Of a stretch of 64,000 nt of DNA, positions 8,518 through 14,983 are shown in pieces. Position 1 is the stretch's first letter; every line of letters begins with the position of its first letter. This DNA comes from Elusimicrobiota bacterium (GTDB lineage Bacteria > Elusimicrobiota > Elusimicrobia > UBA1565 > UBA9628), in assembly GCA_027406905.1 (NCBI GenBank), contig DAHZHT010000007.1, positions 1,024-65,023 of the forward strand. Direction: 5' to 3'. The notes beneath the pieces are model-generated. The model had not been told where the DNA came from and did no database searches. It saw only the letters and a program-made list of their open reading frames with translations. Both the position numbers and the translations under genes were made by a program.

Positions 8518-9887
8518 GCGATTTTTAAATCGGCCTTTTCAATTCTTATCTTCATGCGCATGTGACATGCCCCGACTATCCCATGAACCAAGCGACTCTG
8601 AATAGACTTAATAGCAATGGCGTCGTGCATTAAATGATGCTGAAAATGTTCTTCACCTTGCCCTTCCGCTATAGCCACAGTTACAGTATAATCTCCTTGA
8701 ATTAAGATGGGCATTGTAAAAGAGAACTCCGCCGTCGCCAGCTCATCTTTATTTAATACAATCGGACTGTCTCTAAAATGAAAGTCAGTCCCCTCAGCAC
8801 ACACATACTGACCCAAGCGATCCTTAATTACAAATCCAAAAGCTGGATATCGAATCGGGCGCAGCGCTCTCGCCAGAACAGAAAAACAAACCCTCTCGCC
8901 GCCCAGGATAGTCGAAAGTTGCCTGCCATCATCTCCCATGAACCCTGCATTTATGATCCTGGCTCCACCTGCTCCCAAGCTTTCCGCATCATGGCGTAAT
9001 GGGGAGACATGTAATACATTTGGTATTCCATCTTCCCCATCAAAAATCCTCTCCGACGCGGATATAGATTGCAAAGACTTTGATCCCACGCCGTTATCAA
9101 TATGCACTCTCTCGCCTTCCGAGGGAAGCGGTCTCGACCTCTCGGCATAAATTTCCTCAAGATATATCCGCGATATTTCCTCCACTGAGCCAAGAATAGG
9201 TTGTTTCTGACTTCCCAACGGCAATAAAATCGCCACATTGCATAAAGCCTTTACAGCTGACATGTCGTGACTGACAAATAGAATAGTTCCACCTTTGTCT
9301 TGAAACTCATGCAAAAAGCGCATACACTTCTGGGTAAAAAAAACGTCCCCGACGGCCAGAGCCTCATCAATTACCAAAATATCCGCGTCGACATGCGCGA
9401 TGACGGAAAAGGCCAGTCGAACCTGCATGCCGCTCGAATAGGTCTTGACCGGCTGATCAATAAAATCCCCGATATCGGCGAATTGGACGATCTCGTCATA
9501 TTTTGAGTCGATCTCTTCCTTGGAGAGGCCCAAAACCGAGGCGTTGAGATAAACGTTCTCCCGGCCCGTAAATTCCGGGTTAAAACCCGATCCCAATTCT
9601 AAAAGCGCGGCGACGCGGCCGTTGACCTCGATCTGCCCCTCGGTCGGAGTCAAGGTCCCACAGATCATCTGCAAAAGAGTGGATTTGCCGGATCCATTTC
9701 GCCCGACGATGCCGAAGGTCTCGCCTTTCTTGACTTCAAAAGAGACGTTTCTCAGCGCCCAAAAATCCCGATGAAACTTTTTGCGCCCGCGCCAGAGAGA
9801 TTGCTTGAGCCGGTCATGGGGCCGATCATAAATTTCATAGCGCTTGCCGATATTTTCGGTCCTGACGGCGAAACCGGAGGATGTCAT
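8514..9887 (-). CDS. wzt: O-antigen/polysaccharide ABC exporter ATP-binding protein with C-terminal glycan-binding (Wzt_C-like) extension
   Basis: 457 aa with Walker A GRNGSGKST, signature YSSGMQVRL and Walker B ILVIDEAL. About 200 extra C-terminal residues are beta-rich, as in Wzt-type transporters. Partner permease wzm lies at 12674..13588. Confidence 0.85.
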   Translation of the reverse strand: MTSSGFAVRTENIGKRYEIYDRPHDRLKQSLWRGRKKFHRDFWALRNVSFEVKKGETFGIVGRNGSGKSTLLQMICGTLTPTEGQIEVNGRVAALLELGSGFNPEFTGRENVYLNASVLGLSKEEIDSKYDEIVQFADIGDFIDQPVKTYSSGMQVRLAFSVIAHVDADILVIDEALAVGDVFFTQKCMRFLHEFQDKGGTILFVSHDMSAVKALCNVAILLPLGSQKQPILGSVEEISRIYLEEIYAERSRPLPSEGERVHIDNGVGSKSLQSISASERIFDGEDGIPNVLHVSPLRHDAESLGAGGARIINAGFMGDDGRQLSTILGGERVCFSVLARALRPIRYPAFGFVIKDRLGQYVCAEGTDFHFRDSPIVLNKDELATAEFSFTMPILIQGDYTVTVAIAEGQGEEHFQHHLMHDAIAIKSIQSRLVHGIVGACHMRMKIRIEKADLKIA

Positions 9888-10219
9888 TTCTCGTTTCTCT
9901 TTCTCGCCGACGACGAAGCGCCCGCGGAAGCGATGGTCTCATGATGGGCCTCTATGCGGACTTTCCGGGACGTAGGAAGTCTTCCGTAATCGATCAAGTC
10001 CACCTTAAAATCCAAATCCGAAAGCTCAAAGTCCTCGGCTAATTTCGCGAGTTCGGACAAAGACAAGGGCTTATCCGACACAATCGCCAAATCTAGATCT
10101 GAAAACGGCCGCAGATTTCCGTCCACGCGGGAGCCAAAAGCCCAGACCTCAAGGCCGGGAATCCCGCGCTCAAGAATGGAACCGACGATTTCCCTTTCTC
10201 GCGGCGTCAAGTAAATCAT
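9884..10219 (-). CDS. Minimal nucleotidyltransferase (MNT, HI0073-like), antitoxin-type partner of the HEPN protein
   Basis: 111 aa with GS-x(n)-DxD motif FGSRVDGNLRPFSDLDLAI. It has 4-nt overlaps on both sides (HEPN upstream, wzt downstream). Confidence 0.75.
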   Translation of the reverse strand: MIYLTPREREIVGSILERGIPGLEVWAFGSRVDGNLRPFSDLDLAIVSDKPLSLSELAKLAEDFELSDLDFKVDLIDYGRLPTSRKVRIEAHHETIASAGASSSARKRNEK

Positions 10220-10653
10220 AGGCCTTTTAAGGCCTCCTCAAGGCGCCGAAGAAGCTCCTTGGCCTCCTCAAGAAAACGCGGCAAGAAGGCGAAAACCTCC
10301 GCCGCTTTTTCCTCGTCATAGGTATGACTGGTCGCACCGCGGGCCGCGCGATAATCGCGCCAAGAACTCCATCCCGAACGCACGAGACCTCGTTCATTGC
10401 CTGTCCGAATCAAATCTTGAAAAGACATCTCTTCGACCGCGGCGGGATCGGCAAGAGAGGCCTTCAGCAATCGTTTGAGCATTTTATGGCTTAATTCGTA
10501 GGTAAACTCAAAAGATTGAATGGCCGCCGCGCGAAACTGTTCGGCCAGGGCGGGGTCGCGGCGCGCTAAATCCGAATCGCAAAAGCGAAGACTCTCCTCA
10601 AGGCGCGAAATCGCCTTGGCCAAGGGAGATAAATCAATGATATCGCCGCTCAT
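10216..10653 (-). CDS. HEPN-domain protein, HI0074 family (nucleotidyltransferase substrate-binding protein-like)
   Basis: 145-aa all-helical protein with ...IQSFEFTYELSHKMLKRLL... and ...YRAARGATSHTYDEEKA (R-x4-6-H region). It is paired with the MNT. Confidence 0.7.
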   Translation of the reverse strand: MSGDIIDLSPLAKAISRLEESLRFCDSDLARRDPALAEQFRAAAIQSFEFTYELSHKMLKRLLKASLADPAAVEEMSFQDLIRTGNERGLVRSGWSSWRDYRAARGATSHTYDEEKAAEVFAFLPRFLEEAKELLRRLEEALKGL

Positions 10654-10868
10654 TTTTTAATGGCGACGTTTCTAAATCCCGTCATGGCCCTAAGACGCTC
10701 GGCTAAATCGATGGGAATCTTTCCGGCGCGCGCCAAAAGATCGAAGCCTTCCGCCGAACTCTGCGGCACGCCCAGGCGCTCTTTCGCCGTTAGACGCATC
10801 GCCATATCAATGGCGGCTTGGCAAGCCCGCTCGATAATGGCCGCCTTGTTAAGGAGAACGTCATCCAT
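10650..10868 (-). pseudogene. hepT: Decayed hepT (DUF86-type HEPN toxin): internal in-frame deletion and C-terminal truncation
   Basis: From ATG 10868 it reads MDDVLLNKAAIIERACQAAIDMAMRLTAKERLGVPQSSAEGFDLLARAGKIPIDLAERLRAMTGFRNVAIKK-stop. Full-length DUF86 toxins have ~30 aa between the NK..IER helix and the C.A.ID.A helix, and continue RN.AVHDY...(+40 aa). Here the catalytic His and the C-terminus are absent. The longer track ORF (to 11033) is a spurious upstream extension through mntA. Confidence 0.65.
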
Positions 10869-11280
10869 GGCGCGGGAAATAGGACTCGAGAATGGGCCGA
10901 CGGTCCTCGCAGAAGCGGGCGTAATTAGACAAGACGCGCGTCTCAAACTCAAGCCGGGATTCTTCATCGGAGGAGAAAAGAACGACCCCATCCGCGACAA
11001 CTTCCTTGGCATGAACGAGAAATTCCTCGGCATTCAGGCTGGACGCCTCGACCAGAGAACCGGCGATTTTTGAAAGTTCCGCGTTCAGTTGGAGCAAAAC
11101 CTTCGGGTTCAATGAATGGCCGCGCGGGAAAAGAAGGGCCAGGTCCCAATCGCTGTCCTTGCGTTCAAGCCCCAGGGCGCGAGATCCGTAAAGATAGACG
11201 GCTAAAACGTCGGAAACGGTTCGGCGGATATGAGCCAACATTTTTTTGACGGCGCCGGGCATTGCGCTGAAATTTTCCAT
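10861..11280 (-). CDS. mntA: MntA-type nucleotidyltransferase antitoxin (apparently intact)
   Basis: 139 aa with LYGSRALGLERKDSDWDLALLF (GS...DxD). Its stop overlaps the hepT start (ATGGATGA). Confidence 0.75.
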   Translation of the reverse strand: MENFSAMPGAVKKMLAHIRRTVSDVLAVYLYGSRALGLERKDSDWDLALLFPRGHSLNPKVLLQLNAELSKIAGSLVEASSLNAEEFLVHAKEVVADGVVLFSSDEESRLEFETRVLSNYARFCEDRRPILESYFPRHG

Positions 11281-11393
11281 CCCTTACATTATACACAAAT
11301 CCCGACGAGGTTTCGCCCACTTTTTTCAGGCTCATCTTGCGTTGGATAATTCTGGCTATTGTTTTTTTCAAAAGCGCCTGTTATACTAGAGCT

Positions 11394-11642
11394 ATGCGAC
11401 GAAACTCCTCCCATCTCTACAAGGACTACAAGTGGATTGTCGCCGACCCGCGACTTCTGGGCGGGGGCTTGGCCGTTCGAGGCACTCGCCTTTCGGTTTC
11501 TCTCATCCTGGAGTGCCTCTCCAACGGCATGACCCTCGAAGATATCGACGAGAGTTTCGATCATGCCTTCCCGCGCGAGGCTCTTGCCGAAGTTCTGAAA
11601 GTCGCCGCGGAAGCGGCGAACTCCATCCATGTGGCTGCTTGA
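11394..11642 (+). CDS. DUF433-family small protein (antitoxin-like partner of DUF5615)
   Basis: Reads ...IVADPRLLGGGLAVRGTRLSVSLILECLSNGMTLEDIDESF, the typical DUF433 core. The start is taken at the internal ATG 11394, which lies 6 nt after a TATACT box. The track ORF starts at 11337. Confidence 0.65.
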   Translation: MRRNSSHLYKDYKWIVADPRLLGGGLAVRGTRLSVSLILECLSNGMTLEDIDESFDHAFPREALAEVLKVAAEAANSIHVAA

Positions 11643-11973
11643 CGCGAACATGGACGTGCATCTACTTTCTCTCCTACAGGAATTGGGGGTCGAATGTGAA
11701 GCCACGACCCGGCGCGGTTGGCAGGCCTTAAACAACGGCGACTTGGTTTCAGTCGCCGTAAAGGCTGGTTTTACTTGCATGCTGACCCAGGATCGCCTCT
11801 TTGGCGAAGCGGCGGCGCGAGCTCTCAAGGCTCATCCGCACTTTTCCGTGGTCGTTATCCATCTCGCGCAGTTTCCCTGGAAGCGATATCGCCAGAATTT
11901 TAATTCGGCTTGGTCAAAATCTCCAATCCGTCCCATCCCCGGGAAAATTACCCACTGGCCGATCTCCCTTTAA
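11629..11973 (+). CDS. DUF5615-family (PIN/Mut7-C-like) putative toxin
   Basis: 114 aa starting MWLLDANMDVHLLSLLQELGVE...GDLVSVAVKAGFTCMLTQDRLF. It overlaps the DUF433 gene by 14 nt, the usual two-gene arrangement. Confidence 0.6.
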   Translation: MWLLDANMDVHLLSLLQELGVECEATTRRGWQALNNGDLVSVAVKAGFTCMLTQDRLFGEAAARALKAHPHFSVVVIHLAQFPWKRYRQNFNSAWSKSPIRPIPGKITHWPISL

Positions 11974-12073
11974 AGTCCAACGATCTGAGAGCGATAGGCT
12001 TTCGCGGCGATCCTCACTTCTCCAGATCAAACACCCAATCGGGGCCGAATTTTTGGATCACCGGAGCCACTCG

Positions 12074-12337
12074 TTAGGCGGCATGGCGCATAAGGGTTTG
12101 GTTAATGATGGTCTGATACCCTATGCCACGGAGTTTCGCCTGAGATCGCGCCCATTCCAACGCTTTAGGATGGAGGCGGATATGAACATCCCGATACTTA
12201 TCCCTGCCCTTTGGGGGTCTGCCGCGAGCCGGGCGCTTCAGATGAAAGGTCTCTTCAATCGCCTTCTTAAACATCGCGGTCTCTTCCGGAGCAACGCGAC
12301 GAGCCCTGGAAAAATCAAACTCTCTTGTTTTCTTCAT
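12074..12337 (-). CDS. brnA: BrnA-type antitoxin (CopG/RHH-like C-terminus)
   Basis: 87 aa: ...RGRPPKGRDKYRDVHIRLHPKALEWARSQAKLRGIGYQTIINQTLM. It lies immediately downstream of the brnT remnant. Confidence 0.7.
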   Translation of the reverse strand: MKKTREFDFSRARRVAPEETAMFKKAIEETFHLKRPARGRPPKGRDKYRDVHIRLHPKALEWARSQAKLRGIGYQTIINQTLMRHAA

Positions 12338-12598
12338 AAATTCTCCTTTCCTTGCGGCTGGCGCGGCGAGCGCTGATCATGCGAATAGAGTTCTCCGGAG
12401 CGCGCACGGTAAAAACGACAACCAGAATGCCAAAGCCGGAGTCTCCAATCAACCACTGTCTCGCTTCCTGGGCGGAATGTTTAAATCATCCATGATGAAA
12501 GCGAACGGATCGTCAAAAACGAAAGAAGCTCTCTCAAAATCAATTCCGTGCTTGAGGGCGTTGCGTTTCGCCTTTTCGCTATCCCATTCAAACCTCAC
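12315..12598 (-). pseudogene. brnT: brnT (BrnT/DUF497 toxin) interrupted by a 1-nt frameshift
   Basis: Hand translation from GTG 12598 gives VRFEWDSEKAKRNALKHGIDFERASFVFDDPFAFIMDD, then a premature stop. The adjacent frame continues FKHSAQEARQWLIGDSGFGILVVVFTVRAPENSIRMISARRASRKERRIYEE. The shift lies around 12484-12490 (GATGATTTAAAC). Neither piece reaches the 60-aa ORF-track cut-off. Confidence 0.7.
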
Positions 12599-12603
12599 AT
12601 TTT

Positions 12604-12632
12604 AGTGTACATCGAAATAGGCGTGATGTCAA
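12604..12632 (-). promoter_or_regulatory. Sigma70-like promoter abutting the brnT start: TTGACA-N17-TACACT-N5-GTG
   Basis: Read on the minus strand: TTGACA (12632-12627), a 17-nt spacer, TACACT (12609-12604), then 5 nt to GTG 12598. Confidence 0.5.
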
Positions 12633-12673
12633 TAGAACGCAAAAAACCCAGAAAATCCGCATTTCCGGCGCAA

Positions 12674-13588
12674 TCAGAGAACGTCGGCAAACCCCTTGCG
12701 CGTCTTCTGAAACCAGACAAAACCAAGATAGGCCACGACAAGACTCGCCGCCCCGTAGATAGACAGGCCGGCCCAGTTAGGAAAACTCCCGCGCAAAACA
12801 ATCGCGCGCAATTCATCCACGGGAAAAGTCAGCGGATTGAGCGCGAAGAGGCGCCTCACCCAAAGGGGAAGAGAAGAATCCGGATAAAAAATGGGGCAGA
12901 GAAACATCAAGACCATCGTCACGATGCCGATCACTTGCCCGACGTCGCGTATATAAACCCCGAGCGAAGACAAAAACCAGACCAGCCCCGCCGTCATCAA
13001 AACCAGCGGCAATAAAACCAACGGCGACAACAAGGCCGTCCAGAAAACGCCGTGGGCGAAAAGCCCCAGGGCCGTCAATAAAATCGCCAGGCTCATTAAA
13101 AGGTTAAACAGAGCCGCCCCGACGGCAATCCAACAGAAATTCTCCAGCGGGAAAACGACTTTTTTGACGTAATTGGCGTTGCCCAGAATCAGCCCGGGCG
13201 CGCGGTTAAGGCATTCCGAAAAAAAGTTAAAAACGATAAGGCCGGTAAAGAGATTAAAGGTAAATTGCGCCATCGCCGACAAGGATTTGCGGCTCTCGGG
13301 GCTGCCCATGATATAGCCGAAAGCGAAAGTATAGACCGCCAAAAGAAGAAGCGGGTTTAAAATAGACCATAAGAGCCCGCCGAAAGACCCGCGGTAGCGC
13401 ACCGCCACGTCGCGCTTGCCCATGGTCCATACAAGAGTCCAGTTTCGCCAAAGAGAAAGAAACGGCGAGAAAAAGCCCAAAGAATAGGGCGACACCCCGG
13501 CGCGGTAAAGGACTGTGGAACGGCGCGAAACGCCTCTTTGTCCGCCGGAAGCGCCGGTTTCGGCAATGGGGTCTATCGCGGGCGTCAT
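12674..13588 (-). CDS. wzm: O-antigen/polysaccharide ABC exporter permease (ABC-2 type)
   Basis: 304 aa with six predicted helices and the ABC-2 N-terminal signature ...LVWTMGKRDVAVRYRGSFGGLLWSILNPLLLLAVY. It is the partner of wzt. Confidence 0.85.
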   Translation of the reverse strand: MTPAIDPIAETGASGGQRGVSRRSTVLYRAGVSPYSLGFFSPFLSLWRNWTLVWTMGKRDVAVRYRGSFGGLLWSILNPLLLLAVYTFAFGYIMGSPESRKSLSAMAQFTFNLFTGLIVFNFFSECLNRAPGLILGNANYVKKVVFPLENFCWIAVGAALFNLLMSLAILLTALGLFAHGVFWTALLSPLVLLPLVLMTAGLVWFLSSLGVYIRDVGQVIGIVTMVLMFLCPIFYPDSSLPLWVRRLFALNPLTFPVDELRAIVLRGSFPNWAGLSIYGAASLVVAYLGFVWFQKTRKGFADVL

Positions 13589-13633
13589 ACGCTCTTATTT
13601 TATCATTTTCCTCGCCCTCATCAACGAGAAATC
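13586..13633. repeat. 48-nt direct repeat, copy 1 (wzm start codon plus upstream leader)
   Basis: CATACGCTCTTATTTTATCATTTTCCTCGCCCTCATCAACGAGAAATC. Matches 14923-14970 at 46 of 48 positions. Confidence 0.9.
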
Positions 13634-13717
13634 GGCGCTTTTTTCGGACTCGTCCGCGTTGGAACATTCTTTGGTTTTACCATTTCAGTTAATTATATTT
13701 AGCTATAATCTAATGAA

Positions 13718-14338
13718 ATGGACATCCGCTCATTCTCAAACCTTCTGCGCGCGCACAAGCTGGCCCTTTTTTCCGCGGGCGATCTAAAAATTTTGCTGTC
13801 CCCAAGCGCGCGGCAGGGATTGTCCCTGCGGCTTCATCAGTGGCGCAAAAAAGGCTGGGTGTCCAGAATCAAGCGCGGTCTCTACCAGCTGGACTATCCG
13901 GAGCCGCCCGTGATTGCCGATCTTTATCTCGCCAATCGGATTTATGAGCCGTCTTATGTCTCTCTTGAAACGGCTCTCTCTCATTATCAGATTCTGCCTG
14001 AATTTTCAGCCCAGGTGACATCGGTCACTTCAAAGCCGACGCGGAGATTCACGAATTCTCACGGCCTTTTCACCTACACGACCATTCGCCCCTCGGCCTA
14101 CGCCGGCTATACGGCGATCAACCTGCAAGGCTGGCCCGTGCGCATGGCCGAGCCCGAAAAGGCGGTGATTGATCGACTCTACATCGCGCTGCGGCGGGGG
14201 GAAAACCTGGCTGACGTCGAAGACCGCTGGGACAAAGCGCGGATCAGAAGAATGAATTCCGGCAAACTGCGGGGCTATGCCGCGATTTTTAAATCGGCTG
14301 AAAACAAGCTCAAGAGGGCGCTCGATGCTTTCATATGA
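13718..14338 (+). CDS. abiEi: AbiEi-type antitoxin / transcriptional regulator (type IV TA, abortive infection AbiE)
   Basis: 206 aa with an N-terminal wHTH-like region ...RLHQWRKKGWVSRIKRGLYQL and a C-terminal region ...YEPSYVSLETALSHYQILPE...MAEPEKAVIDRLY. Confidence 0.7.
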   Translation: MDIRSFSNLLRAHKLALFSAGDLKILLSPSARQGLSLRLHQWRKKGWVSRIKRGLYQLDYPEPPVIADLYLANRIYEPSYVSLETALSHYQILPEFSAQVTSVTSKPTRRFTNSHGLFTYTTIRPSAYAGYTAINLQGWPVRMAEPEKAVIDRLYIALRRGENLADVEDRWDKARIRRMNSGKLRGYAAIFKSAENKLKRALDAFI

Positions 14339-14882
14339 GGGATTGATCGCTCGCTCTTTGGAAAGGGGAATGCCCGCGGGCAAGCTCAGGGGAGCGGTCA
14401 GGGAATACATTCAAATCCTGGCCTTAAAAGCCTTTTATGCGGCGCCCCGCGCGGAAGGGCTGGCTTTTTTGGGCGGCACGGCGTTGCGATTCGGATACGA
14501 CCTGCCGCGCTTTTCGGAGGACCTCGATTTTGACGTCCGCGATTTTTCTTTTCGGGAGTGGAAGGCGCTGCTGGAAGAGACGGCTCAAACTCTTTCTCGC
14601 CAGGGATTGTCTCTTGAAATGAGAGCTTCCGAGAAAGGAAGCCTTTTAAGCGGGGATATGCGGCTTCAAGGCGCGCGCATTCTAAGCGCCAAGGGCGTCG
14701 CGGGAGACACTCAAGACGTGATCGCATCGCGCTTGAAATTTTTTGGGTCCGCCAAGCTCTCGGTCATGGCCAAACGCCTCGAGCCATTTTTATTTAAGCC
14801 GGAGCAGGCCGATCTTGTCGCAAAAGCCCCGACTCTTTTGCCGGACGCCTTGGAATATTTGAAAGATGGAGGGATCTTTTAG
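14325..14882 (+). CDS. abiEii: AbiEii/AbiGii-family nucleotidyltransferase toxin (short form)
   Basis: Reads ...YIQILALKAFY...LAFLGGTALRFGYDLPRFSEDLDFDV, the AbiEii NTase motif. The start is taken at ATG 14325, which overlaps the abiEi stop. About 185 aa, shorter than many family members. Confidence 0.65.
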   Translation: MLSYEGLIARSLERGMPAGKLRGAVREYIQILALKAFYAAPRAEGLAFLGGTALRFGYDLPRFSEDLDFDVRDFSFREWKALLEETAQTLSRQGLSLEMRASEKGSLLSGDMRLQGARILSAKGVAGDTQDVIASRLKFFGSAKLSVMAKRLEPFLFKPEQADLVAKAPTLLPDALEYLKDGGIF

Positions 14883-14894
14883 GCGCGAAGTCAC

Positions 14895-14970
14895 CCTGCG
14901 AAAAACCCAGGGAATAGGGCGCCATGCGCTCTTATTTTATCATTTCCCTCGCCCTCATCAACGAGAAATC
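14895..14970. repeat. 48-nt direct repeat copy 2 (14923-14970) preceded by an echo of wzm codons ~33-40
   Basis: The repeat reads CATGCGCTCTTATTTTATCATTTCCCTCGCCCTCATCAACGAGAAATC. Minus-strand reading from this ATG gives MAPYSLGF..., compared with wzm ...VSPYSLGFF. At DNA level 14901-14922 matches 13472-13493 at about 18 of 22 positions. Confidence 0.8.
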
Positions 14971-14983
14971 ATATAATCGGAGA

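Noticed and set aside
11974-12073. Possible C-terminal gene fragment downstream of brnA (the minus strand reads ...VAPVIQKFGPDWVFDLEK-stop)
   Set aside because: It is too short (about 19 codons) and I cannot tie it to any family or to wzm/wzt. It could be random.
718-12816. Many 60-190-aa ORFs in the track that lie inside or antisense to larger genes (e.g. 718..957, 2299..2517, 3592..3837, 5251..5463, 6067..6423, 10660..11073, 11289..11828, 11432..11731, 11801..12376, 12548..13015)
   Set aside because: They overlap strongly supported genes, have Arg/Ser/Pro-rich shadow-frame composition and no recognisable motifs. The same reasoning applies to similar shadow ORFs throughout the window (e.g. 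29228..29764, 32882..33367, 40038..40589, 62108..62716).
14325-14882. AbiEii toxin possibly truncated (about 185 aa versus ~250-300 aa in many family members)
   Set aside because: The N-terminal nucleotidyltransferase motif is intact and the ORF ends at a clean stop just before the repeat. Without an alignment I cannot tell a short subfamily from a truncation, so it is annotated as CDS with reduced confidence.
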